Positions 1-10,803 of a DNA stretch of 64,000 nt are shown here, piece by piece. Origin of the DNA: Octopus sinensis (lineage: Eukaryota); NCBI RefSeq assembly GCF_006345805.1, contig NC_043007.1, positions 2,976,001 through 3,040,000 on the forward strand, read 5' to 3'. The notes beneath the pieces were generated by a model. It searched no databases, had not been told where the DNA came from, and was given only the letters and a program-made list of their open reading frames with translations. The position numbers and the translations under genes were made by a program. The number at the start of each line of letters is the position of its first letter. The first letter of the stretch is position 1.

Positions 1-305
1 CCTTGCAACGAAAAAGAACGGTAATTTCCAAAAATATTAATATGACTTTCAGCAAAAATATTAATTGATTGAATATGAAGAATAGAATGCACATCAGCAA
101 GGCAATTACGTAGTTTATTCTCCCTCATTGTCTATTGCCAGTTAACGCCAATTGCTAATTGGTTAAATCCTCTTAACTAATTAGCAAAGATATTTCTTTC
201 TAAGGGCTTACTAGAAACACTTACGAAGAATATGTACCGTTATTAACTTGCATAATAAAAGGCTAAATAAGATAAAGGGAAGTAACTATAGTATTAGAAT
301 GGTAA

Positions 306-630
306 AAAAGACTCCGTCGGTTACGACGACGAGGGTCCCAGCTGATACGATCAACGGAACAGCTTGCTCGTGAAATTAACGTGCAAATGGCTGAGCATTC
401 CACAGACACGTGTACCCTTAACGTAGTTCTCGGGGATAATCAGCGTGACACAGAGAGTGACAAGGCTGACCCTTTGAAATACAAGTACAACTCATTTTTG
501 CCAGCTGAGTGGACTGGAGCAACGTGAAATAAAGTGTCTTGCTCAAGGACACAACGCGTCGCCGGGAATCGAACTCACAACCTTACGATCATGAGCCGAA
601 TGCCCTAACCACTAAGCCACGCGCCCTCAC
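306..630 (-). mobile_element. tRNA-derived SINE (family C, CORE-like central domain) with 13-bp TSD
   Basis: Minus strand begins GTGAGGGCGCGTGGCTTAGTGGTTAGGGCATTCGGCTC...GAGTTCGATTCCC (A and B boxes), then GTGTCCTTGAGCAAGACACTT (CORE-like). Direct repeat ATTAGAATGGTAA at 293-305 and 631-643. Confidence 0.9.
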
Positions 631-1689
631 ATTAGAATGGTAAGAGAATAGATAAATGAGGTAAGCAGTGATGCACAACCCGACACAGACAAGTGAAATC
701 GATTAACTGACATGTTTTTTTGACCATATAAAAATCAATAGTTTATGGCTAAAGGTTTCGATAGTAAAATATCTCCACTTTTCTTTATTATGGTTGAGCT
801 CAAATTATTTGCGCACTACTACGCTTCATATATTGAGCATCTCTGGATCTCGCCTATTGACTTTTACTATGTGGCAGGGCGCGTGTGTGTATGCGTGTGC
901 CTACCTACATACACACACACACACATAAACATATGTATGTATATATGTATATATGAAGACATATTTCATAGTATATGTGTATGTGGTGTGTATATGTGTC
1001 TAAGTGAATTTATAATAGAGTTGTAAACCGCTGAATTGATATAACAAAGAGTAAAGGCGATTGTTCTTCATACCGAGCTACCTGGGGCTAGATTGCGTCC
1101 ATTTATAAGACATTTAACTTTCAGGTATTCCAACGTTCGTCACTGCAAACAGCAAACAATGGTAAATCGGAGAACACCTAAAATCAATAACTTATCTCCA
1201 TAATTAACTATTGTTTTCCTAGCTCTCAGCGTTAAGTTGAATTCTTTCTCAAGAGTGTATTTGCGAAATGCAATTGACTTTGCTATGCATCTGATATGCT
1301 ACAGGGATACGAAATATCCAGTATCATTGTAACTTGCAAATGCATTTAATTATCGCGTACAACAATAAATGCATTGAAATGAGCTATTTATGTGTTTGTT
1401 ACTTTAACAGATATCTTTGTAGGGTAAGAAGATCCCGTCGTACCACGCTTCTCTGTGTTTAATCCGACTGTTGAACTTTCGTAAGCCTAAAGTGTGCAAA
1501 TAGAGACGAGAGGCAAAATATTTTTATATTTTTTTCAGTGGAAATATTACAGTTTGTATGTCTTGGCTTTTCCATTGCATAGTCCTGTTAAATAATATTT
1601 GTGACTTGGTAGCTGGGTCTTATTTCATTCCAATTTTCATATATCATATTATATAGTGTGAAAGCCCGTGGCTTAGTAGATAATATATT

Positions 1690-1965
1690 CGTCTCATCTC
1701 TTCAACTGACTTATTTCAAAAGCCTTCAACGAGGACTTTACATACAACTTAGGCCGTTGTCTTCGTTTCACCTCAGGGCGTTTTCCTCCAAGAAGTTCAC
1801 CATTTACCATCTGCTTAGGGATCCCCCAATTATTCATCTGAATAAGGTATCCAGTTTAACGTAAACGGTATCTGTGCAATATCGCCTGAGTCCTCGAGAT
1901 ACCAGCACCCTCTATCTGGAGTCCACAAGGACCAGCCAACATTCAGGGCCCCAGACATCTCTAAG
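1690..1965 (-). pseudogene. RTE-clade LINE ORF C-terminal relic
   Basis: Manual minus-strand translation gives ...GAGISRTQAILHRYRLR*TGYLIQMNNWGIPKQMVNGELLGGKRPEVKRRQRPKLYVKSSLKAFEI. This matches the RTE pattern QLRWxGHxxRMxxxRIPKQxxYGELxxGKR. It contains an in-frame stop. Confidence 0.7.
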
Positions 1966-2048
1966 AGGTGAAACCACTAATCCAGGCACTTTTTTATTCC
2001 TCTATTCGTTTCTCGAAATATTTTCTCTCACCGTTTTCTTTCTTCATT

Positions 2049-2086
2049 TCTTTTTGATGAAGAGCGTAGGCTCGAAACCTCAAAGA
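2049..2086 (+). ncRNA. Minimal type I hammerhead ribozyme motif (family H3, decayed)
   Basis: UCUUU-UUGAUGA-A-GAGC(GUAG)GCUC-GAAA-CC-UC-AAAGA. Stem I is UCUUU/AAAGA. Core C3 is changed to U and the ACGU stem III palindrome is broken. Confidence 0.6.
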
Positions 2087-2478
2087 CGTTTCCATTTCTC
2101 CTGAGCGTCAAATTAATACACCTTGTTTGTTGTTCCGCCACCTGTATCTCTCTTTTACTTTTTGTACATTTGAACCATATAATACATTCATATAACACAC
2201 ACACAAACATACACACATACACACACACATCTAAACTATGACTTAACTATCCTCTCACACCGTCTCCTATGAAGGGATATAATTAATAAATATCCTAGAA
2301 AGAGCTGTAAGGACTATCTATAAATGCTCTAATATCTACACAGCCTTGGGTTTTTTTTATCTTATTACACAAAAAATTCTGATATATATATAACTATATA
2401 TATATATATGTGACCGTGTGTGTACCGTTAGCGATTTTTTCCTCTGTTTTCTCTTCTCTGGATCTTTCCTTCTCCTAT

Positions 2479-2513
2479 GTTTCCGACGAAGAGCTCCTCT
2501 CGAAACGTTAAAC
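2479..2513 (+). ncRNA. Minimal type I hammerhead ribozyme motif (H3-related, decayed)
   Basis: GUUU-CCGACGA-A-GAG(CUCCU)CUC-GAAA-CG-UU-AAAC. Stem I is GUUU/AAAC, the ACGU palindromic stem III is intact, and core U4 is changed to C. A pyrimidine-rich tail ending in (TA)n follows. Confidence 0.55.
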
Positions 2514-2644
2514 CCTCCTTCTTTCCTTATTTCCTGAGGGTCCAAGAATACTATATTTGTTCCACGTCCTCGCATTGTTGTGTTTTTTTTTTATGCTTTC
2601 TTGTTTGGATTAATTATATATATATATATAATATATATATATAT

Positions 2645-2692
<48 letters not shown>

Positions 2693-3864
2693 GAAAGAAG
2701 GCCACTCAATACAATTATTGGGAGTGGAGTTACATGTATAGATCAAAAGAATTTGATTCAGACATCTTGGAATTATGCATGTATGTATGTAAACAAACAC
2801 ATACACACTCATATATATATATATAAATGTGTCTGTGTAAACAAGTGTTGTATTGTGTCCTACTATCAATAAAACAAATTTTACTTTTCAATAGAGAATG
2901 ATAGAATAAGTGCCATACAAAAATAGTTACTGTTGTTCAAATTACAGTAACTCATCGCATTTAGTTTCCTATCCTCGCCCAGCACATTCGCCACCAAACA
3001 AAATCGAACCCGGGAATTTGTGCAATAAATCTGTAGTTACAACAACCTTAGGACTTTCACATGTTGACTTCGTTCACTAAATTATCGACGTATATGTCAA
3101 AGGATTATTTAACAATTTATACGCTACTCTATAACAAAATCAAGTTAGACTGAAAGAAATTGTATTTCGTTGGTATCATAAATTTTGATGATATTTTATT
3201 TTCGTCTCTGTCACGTACATCATTTCTTACATACTTATGAATAACTCAGTTAATTAGTTCTGTCAGACCCATTCGTTCGTAACTATATTTTAGAATTCAC
3301 GAATTTTAAAAGCAATTTCTGCGTGTTAAGGATATGGATAGAGAAAGAGTTAACGGATAAAAGGTTAGAATCTGGGTTTTGATGGAACTTTCGATTTGCT
3401 ACAGACCAATGTACATTAGACGCGAAGCATTCTGTCTATCAAAGAATGGTAAGTATGTATAATATATATATATATATATATATAATATATATATATTCAT
3501 ATGAAGGAATTGATGATTATAATCACATGGAAGCAAAGGCAAATGTGTACATATATGTATTCTCCACTGCCGTCTTGGCTGAATATTTGTGAACGTATAT
3601 CAGGACGCAGTATTGTCTTATGCTATGGTTAGACATCAAACGCTTCAAGGTAATGTCTGTCTATATACAATGACAATAAGGATAATGATGTGCGGATTAC
3701 TATTGTCATGTCGAAATAACTGCAGGCGCTTTGTGGTTTATTCAAGCCGTTTAAATGTAAATTCTTTACACGTATAAATACGCAATATTACAAAGACTGT
3801 GGAATTGGAACTGGCACATACTTTCCAATTGCAATGACGAAGAGAAGAGTTTTCGAGCGAAAAA

Positions 3865-4165
<301 letters not shown>

Positions 4166-4710
4166 TTCCGATTTGAAATGCTTAACAAGACTATATAGTC
4201 ATGCTCACATGAATTTAAGATCGAAATATATTATATTAAGTTAATCTTCACTGATACCAGATATGTGGAAGTTTATATTTTACTTCGAGAAATAATCACA
4301 TGTTGCTAAAATTTTGTTCCTACTCTTCGTTTGGCACACACACCCACACATACCCCCACACACACACAATTACAACATGGAAGAACTACATTTAGATATG
4401 TACTAGGTCACAAAAACTGTTGTATTCTCTTTTTCTTTATTTTTCTCCTGATGTGGACACATTTCATCGCACTTCCGTTACCCGACCACTGATAAAATTC
4501 CACCCATCTCATGAAACTCAGTAGGTGGCCCGGATTTATAAACCACCGAGATTTCGTTAATAATTTGGTGACTGCATTTTTCTCGTTTAGTTTCTGCTTA
4601 AGTTTCTTCTCGTTGGACATTGTTTGTCACATTTAGAACCGATTGATAAGTTTGCTTTTCTTACAGTATTTTATATGTCTATATATATATATATATATAT
4701 TTTTTTTTTG

Positions 4711-4927
4711 TACTTGTTTCAGTCATTTGACTGTGGCCATGCTGGAGCACCGCCTTTAGAGTGGTGAAAGAGTACAGCAGGGATCACCACCTCCTGCCGG
4801 AGCCTCGTGGAGCTTTTAGGTGTTTTTTTCGCTCAATAAACACACACAACGCCCGGTCTGGGAATCGAAACCGCGATCCTCAGACCGCAAGTCCGCTGCC
4901 CTAACCACTAGGCCATTGCGCCTCCAC
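4711..4927 (-). mobile_element. Chimeric SINE: family B tRNA head joined to family A 3' tail
   Basis: 4760-4927 is a family B head (minus strand GTGGAGGCGCAATGGCCTAGTGGTTAGGGCAGCGG...TTCGATTCCC). 4711-4759 is the family A tail (CTAAAGGCGGTGCTCCAGCATGGCCACAGTCAAATGACTGAAACAAGTA). Confidence 0.8.
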
Positions 4928-5149
4928 TATGTCTATATATATATATACAATAGTCTTTATTTCGCGTTCGAAATCAAGAAAATCCGTTGTTTTGGAGACC
5001 GATTTTTTAACATAGCGTCTCATAATCTCATTTCAACACGCTTCTCCTCATAGTTTAAATATTTTCATACACACACACAAACACACACACACATACACAC
5101 ATGTGAGTGTGTGAGTGTCTATGTTCCCATGTGTGAAAATGTGTCCGTG

Positions 5150-5183
<34 letters not shown>

Positions 5184-5186
5184 CGT

Positions 5187-5224
<38 letters not shown>

Positions 5225-5598
5225 CAATAATTCGGTAGCCATAATAAAACTACGAATTTCGGGTGTCGAGATGGAAATCCACGCCGCCATCGAAACAAAT
5301 GCTATGAAAAATGACCGTTATACAAAGGGAAATTACTGTATGATTCACCGTTATTAAGACAAAAGAGCTATTTGAATGACCGGTAAGGGAGCGGAGGGAG
5401 TAAAGATAAGGGCGTAAAAAGGTTCATAGTATTCATGTAAGAGCGCATGTTCATACCTACACATGCGCGCCCGGACACCCACGTGCATGCGCCTAAAAGT
5501 ATACATTCATCCACCCTCACTTGAAACGTACACAACCGCACCCGCACCATTCGCCAAATATATATATATATATATATATAGTTTTATTTTATAGAAGG

Positions 5599-5649
5599 AG
5601 CTTCTACAGGACTAGAACTGTTTCATTCAAAAGAAATCATCAGGAAGCT
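5599..5649 (-). ncRNA. Type I hammerhead ribozyme (family H1, left arm)
   Basis: Minus strand AGCUUC-CUGAUGA-UUUC(UUUU)GAAU-GAAA-CAG(UUCUAGUC)CUG-UA-GAAGCU. Stem I is 6 bp, the core is complete, stem III is closed and the triplet is GUA. The stem II closing pair is U.U (non-canonical). Confidence 0.7.
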
Positions 5650-5861
5650 AGGTGACAAGAATAGTTTTGGCATTTATACACTTAGGCAGGTTTAAAGGGG
5701 TGGCGGTGGGGGACTTTTTGGGGTAGGCATGGCACAAACTATCATTCTTAGGGGAGTGGTCAAAGAATCAGGGATAAAGTAGATAAAAGAATAATAGAAT
5801 AATAGATTTCTATGTATAAATAGAAGTGATAAAAGAATAAATAGAATAATAGAGTTGTATG

Positions 5862-5945
<84 letters not shown>

Positions 5946-6143
5946 AGTGAGAGTATAAGTGAGAGTCCCCTTATTTACCTAAACTCTATTATTCTATTTA
6001 TTCTTTTATCTACTTTATCACTGATTCCTTTGACCACTCCCCTAAGAATGATAGTTTGTGCCATGCCTACCCCAAAATGTCCCCCACCACCACCCCTTTA
6101 AACCTGCCTAAGTGTATAAATGCCAAAACTATTCTTGTCACCT

Positions 6144-6194
6144 AGCTTCCTGATGATTTCTTTTGAATGAAACAGTTCTAGTCCTGTAGAAGCT
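6144..6194 (+). ncRNA. Type I hammerhead ribozyme (family H1, right arm)
   Basis: Identical 51-nt motif on the plus strand; predicted cleavage after A6188 (GUA). Confidence 0.7.
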
Positions 6195-6300
6195 CCTTCT
6201 ATAAAATAAATTAATTTACTCTGCTATGTATTGAGTACCTTATTTACTGTGGTTAACCCCGACTCAACCCGGTACCTACATATATATATAGATACAGATC

Positions 6301-6332
<32 letters not shown>

Positions 6333-6386
6333 TATATATATGCGTGTGTATATATATATATATATGCGTGTGTATATATATATATA

Positions 6387-6429
<43 letters not shown>

Positions 6430-6639
6430 GTATTTATGCACACACACATGGACGCATGCACACCCGCACGTACACGCACATATACACATATATGCATGTG
6501 TATGTATATATATATGTATATGCTGGGTGTTTGGGTTGCAATCGACGATGTTTTATGCCCATTTTGTTGTCAGGGTTTGCTATGGATATTGGTAAACAAT
6601 GAACGGAATTCTAGAGAATGAAGTTTAAAGTTGTCGTTG

Positions 6640-7240
6640 AGAAGAAGTTAGCTGGCATTGAGGACTGGAAGCCATCGGAATATTGGAAAAGTATTACATG
6701 TATCATGATGATTGGCGCCGGGTATCAAAGTGCCAACATTATGACTGCTGCTCAATTGTCTTAATGTGGTGAAGGTTATAATAAGCGACATGAAAAGATG
6801 GAACTGAGACTGCGAAGCCGTGGCCAGCAGGAAGGGACACAGAAGCCGTCCTGACTTCGTTCGAACGCCAGTAATCATCTAATTGCCGACGACAAAATCC
6901 TTAGATCCAATTCGAACAGTTATGTGATGCTGCTAGAGAGTGCGGTGACATCCTGACTGAAGAGAGTTAATGCTGGCAGGCAATGTGTGTGGGAGCTGCA
7001 TTCGGGCCTTTGTCATACTTACGAAAAGAGTTAAAAATGATTTTCTATCATTTCACCAACTCTAATTTCTGGCCTCCTAAAAATACTCCAGTTGTATCCC
7101 ATGGATTGCTATGTACGGAACGCGGTTCAGAAAGACAAGGACAAGCTAGTGGTCAGGGTCGAGGTGTTCTATAACATTCCAAGAGACAAATAGCGGAATG
7201 CATGTGATGTAGTGGAAGTCGAGTGCGGCTGATATCTTAT
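6640..7240 (+). pseudogene. Internally deleted Tc1/mariner-superfamily transposase relic (maT/DD37D-like)
   Basis: Frameshifted motifs FWPP (7067-7078), PMDCYV..AVQKD (from 7098) and VFYNIPRD..NAC..VVEVECG resemble the WPPxSPDLNPMDYxVW...C-terminus of this group. The N-terminal part has RKGH-RRPDFVRTP. No TIRs were identified. Confidence 0.55.
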
Positions 7241-7324
7241 TATCTTTTATTTAATTTTAATTTCAATTGGAATATTCTGTTTTATTTTATGCTCGTGCAA
7301 ACTGCGAAATTCGTGTAAATAACC

Positions 7325-7415
7325 CTTTTTAAATTAACTCAGAACGTAGCGACAGACGAAATATCGCAAAGCATTTCGCCCGATGTGCTACCGTTTCTGC
7401 CAGCTCGCCGCCTTA
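7325..7415 (-). mobile_element. SINE family D 5' fragment
   Basis: Minus strand TAAGGCGGCGAGCTGGCAGAAACGGTAGCACATCGGGCGAAATGC...GTTCTGAGTTAA, the same head as the 29760-29962 copy. Confidence 0.7.
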
Positions 7416-8596
7416 CCCTATTAATAAAGTCTATATTTTACATGATATTGAGTCAATTTCGATTTCTAAAAACATACTAAGATTTTGAGCTATTTTACTA
7501 AATAATGAATTGTCACATTGGCAGAAGTATATACATTATTGGCAGTGTTCCTGATGGCCGCAGCCTTAGAGCTGAAACATATAAAAGAATAAAAGAATTA
7601 TAGAAACATATCGATAAAATTTGACGCCAGTATTCCATCGATTGGTCAAAAACAGATGCAAATCTGGCAAAATATGAAATCAGATATACATAGAAAAATT
7701 TATTCATAGCATTTTCCCAGAGTTTTACGAATGTTTCCATCCACCAATACATTGTTTAATTCATTATATAAGCTGTATTTATACATACGGATAATGACGT
7801 ATTATCAGAAAGTTAAAAATACTTCGTGCTTAACGTTAAGAAAATCTTTTTTTACTTTTAATGAATGTGGTTATCATATCAGAATATTTGTAAATATTTA
7901 ACGTCGTGTTTTTGGCCCGATTAAATGCTAGCGCCGTGTGATACATAATGACTGATAAATATCGATTATATTTATCGAGAAACGGGTTTTGTTACGAGAT
8001 CACGCATTTAATGTTGCACACGTTCTCGAGAAATAAGAACTTTGAAATCAGTATTGATAAAAATTAAATAATCAGAACAAAAGGAGATTGGAACAAGAGA
8101 AACTGATCTGGTTTACGTGAGAAAGAGAAGACTAATAAGAGGAAATAAATAGTATAAGAAGTGAATTTGGTTGTCAGGAACCTCCTCTGTCAGCTTTGAT
8201 AGCTTCGACAACAGAGCATCACATGAACTGATACTAGTGTATATTGTAATAGTTTATTGGAGTAAGACGAGGTAAAACGTGGACGTGAGCTTTTCAGTTT
8301 TTGTTTTACCCGAAAGAAATGGAGATAGTATACCTACAGGAGTTGGACAAAATGATGGAAATGCCTTAAAATTTCAAACAAATATACATTTATACGGAGT
8401 TGGATCACTTTTGACAGTAATTACAACTTGAAGACTACGAGGTATGGGATTTTTGTCCATTCTTCTGCTAAAACTGTCTCCAGTTCTTGTAGTGATGATG
8501 GTGGAGGATATCGAAGCTTTACTTGTTTTTCTAAAATGCACCTTAAATGTTCAATAATATTGAGATCTGGGGACTGTGATGGCCAGATATGATGTT

Positions 8597-8760
8597 TATA
8601 ATAATAACAACAGCAGCAGTATCAGCAGCAACAACAACATCAAAAAGTAACTTTCCCCAAGAAACCTGATTCAGGCTGGAGGGTATATCAGCAGAAACGT
8701 TGCGTTCACAACAAACAAGATGAGGACAAATATCCGTCGAATGTAAATAATGTAAATAAA
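8597..8760 (+). mobile_element. Decayed copy of the hammerhead-tailed element (family H2)
   Basis: (AAT) remnant + AACATCAAAAA, then CCCCAAGAAACCTGATTCAGGCTGGAGGGTATATCAGCAGAAACGTTGCGTT...GATGAGGACAAATATCCGTC(ATGTAAATA)n. It aligns with 34602-34778. The HHR core is mutated (CUGAUUC). Confidence 0.8.
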
Positions 8761-9294
8761 TATTAATTAGACACAATGCTAGAAATTTAATGGAGCGAGT
8801 ACAGACTCACAAGTGCATATAACATAAAAAATATTGTTAGGAATATTTTGCCTTCAGATGTTGAATATAGAAGAAAAGGTTATGTTTAAAGTCAATTGTA
8901 TTTTTTTTAACATTATCAAAAATCGATTTCCATTCCGTATTGGATCGATCTTTAAAGTTTCTTTTCATACATAGACGAAATTATTCGTAATTTGTTAGTT
9001 TTAAAATAGATCGTCTGGTTTTCGAGCATATAATTCTTATTGAATTACGTTTCTATAACTTTTAGTTTCGCTCGTTAAATGAAACTTTCTGATGATCGTC
9101 TATTTTAGGTACAAAATACTGATTTATGATGTTACATATTTTTCTAGAATTCTAGTGAGGGACATATTTATTTATATGTGATGTAAATACATTATATAAC
9201 AAATTAATAACTCATTAATGAACACTGAGTTAAGAAATAAGAAATTTAAATATATATCATGCAAATAACGGTCTGTGGTGCTAAGATTAGCCTT

Positions 9295-9722
9295 ACAAAA
9301 ATTGACAGAACAGCTAGCCCGCCGCGCAAAATATTTAACGGCATTTAGTCTGTCTTTATATTCTGAGTTTAAATTCTGCCGAGATCGACTTTGCCTTTAC
9401 TCATTATGGGTTCGATAAAATAAATACCAGTCGATTACTGGGTACAATGTTATCGATTCCCCTCCCCTCAAAAACTACTGGGTCTCAGCCAAAATTCGAA
9501 GCCGTTGTTATTGTTCTGATTAAAGCGACCACTCGGGAAGTTCGTTAGCGCTTCAGACAAAATACTAAATATTTTTTCCGGCTCTCTAAAATTCGACCGA
9601 GGTTGACTTTGCTTCTTATGTTTTCGGTATTAATGGAATATAATATCAGTGAAATACTGAGGTTGACGTAATCGGCTAAAGACTGCCCCCGAAATTGCTG
9701 ACCTTGTGCCAAAATTTGAAAC
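9295..9722 (+). mobile_element. Two tandem degenerate family D SINE copies
   Basis: Both ~9295-9510 and ~9525-9722 carry AAATT(C/T)(T/G)(G/A)CCGAG(A/G)T(C/T)GACTTTGC... and end in CCAAAATT(C/T)GAA. Confidence 0.65.
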
Positions 9723-10237
9723 TATCAGTATTATATCAATCGAAACTTGAGTCATTAATTAAAAACGTCAATCAACAGTAGTTAAACGTTCACAACATTA
9801 AAAGTATCCCTTAATAAATGTCTCAAAGATATACCTCAAAATTTCAGGTATTCTTAATTTTTGAAAATAACGGACTATAAATGTCTCCCTAACGCATGTT
9901 CCCCACTTCGGAAAGATAATAAACTCACACAATTCGGACAGTTAGCCGCATCTCATGTTCGGAGAATATAAAAATTATGTTATGTCTCGTTGTCTATAAA
10001 TTCCCTCAGTGGAATTCTTTCCTAATCTTTCAGCATTAAAATACATTAAAATTGGCCTAAGATACAATAAAAATGATAAATGAGGTTAATTTAATCATTT
10101 TAGTAATGATAGTAATAACAAACGAAACATTAAAAAAAGATTTATAATTCATATCATCTAACGAATTCAAAATAGATCAGATACCAATACGTCATATAAT
10201 ATCATAAAATAGTAGAAAATGATATAATATATATATA

Positions 10238-10803
10238 TTGGGTTGTCCGGAAAGATCGTGCCGATTTTTAAAGGAAAGAATTAGATCAATAAATACTTGC
10301 CATTATATTTTTAATCAACCAAATATGAACCATTTTGTTGCAAAATGCGTCTCCATCTTTCCTTTAACTTGAAAATACCCTCTTCCCAGAATTGAGGTGG
10401 TTTCATGGCAAAGAATTCATCAAGATATCTTTTTACGTCATCCAAGGAATTGAAATGTTTACCTTTAAGACTATTCTGCAGAGACCTCAAAAAGTGGAAA
10501 TCCAAAGGAGCAATATCTGGTGAATATGGAGGGTTGGGTAACACATCCCAGCCGAGCTGCAGCAATTTTTGTCTGGTTCTCAAAGCATCAAGTGCCGAAA
10601 ATGAACTTTCTTATCTTCCATTTTAAAGGGTTACAGAATTAACACAGGTTATAGGAACATAAACCTTCTTCCACGAAAAGATAACTTAAACTGTGCCCTA
10701 AATGGAGGTGTAGTCAAATCCTGTTTTATGGACTCAACCATGTTCTAAAATAAGTCGAAAGTTAAGCTACTATAGATCGGCACGAACTTTCCGTACAACC
10801 CAA
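10238..10803 (-). mobile_element. Internally deleted mariner (DD34D-type) transposon, 566 bp, with TIRs and TA TSD
   Basis: 28-bp TIRs TTGGGTTGTCCGGAAAGATCGTGCCGAT (10238-10265) and the reverse complement at 10776-10803, with 2 mismatches. TA flanks at 10236-37 and 10804-05. Confidence 0.92.
10311..10583 (-). pseudogene. Mariner transposase C-terminal fragment
   Basis: ORF contains LGWDVLPNPPYSPDIAPLDFHFLRSLQNSL...ERWRRILQQNGSY, the mariner YSPDLAPSD motif. The N-terminus and first catalytic residues are deleted. Confidence 0.9.

Larger units (their letters stand above)
5583..6210. mobile_element. Inverted-repeat element with a hammerhead ribozyme in each arm (putative PLE inverted termini)
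   Basis: 5583-~5856 is the reverse complement of ~5982-6210, with a few substitutions and an internal duplication in the left arm. The spacer is (TA)n-rich. Confidence 0.8.
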
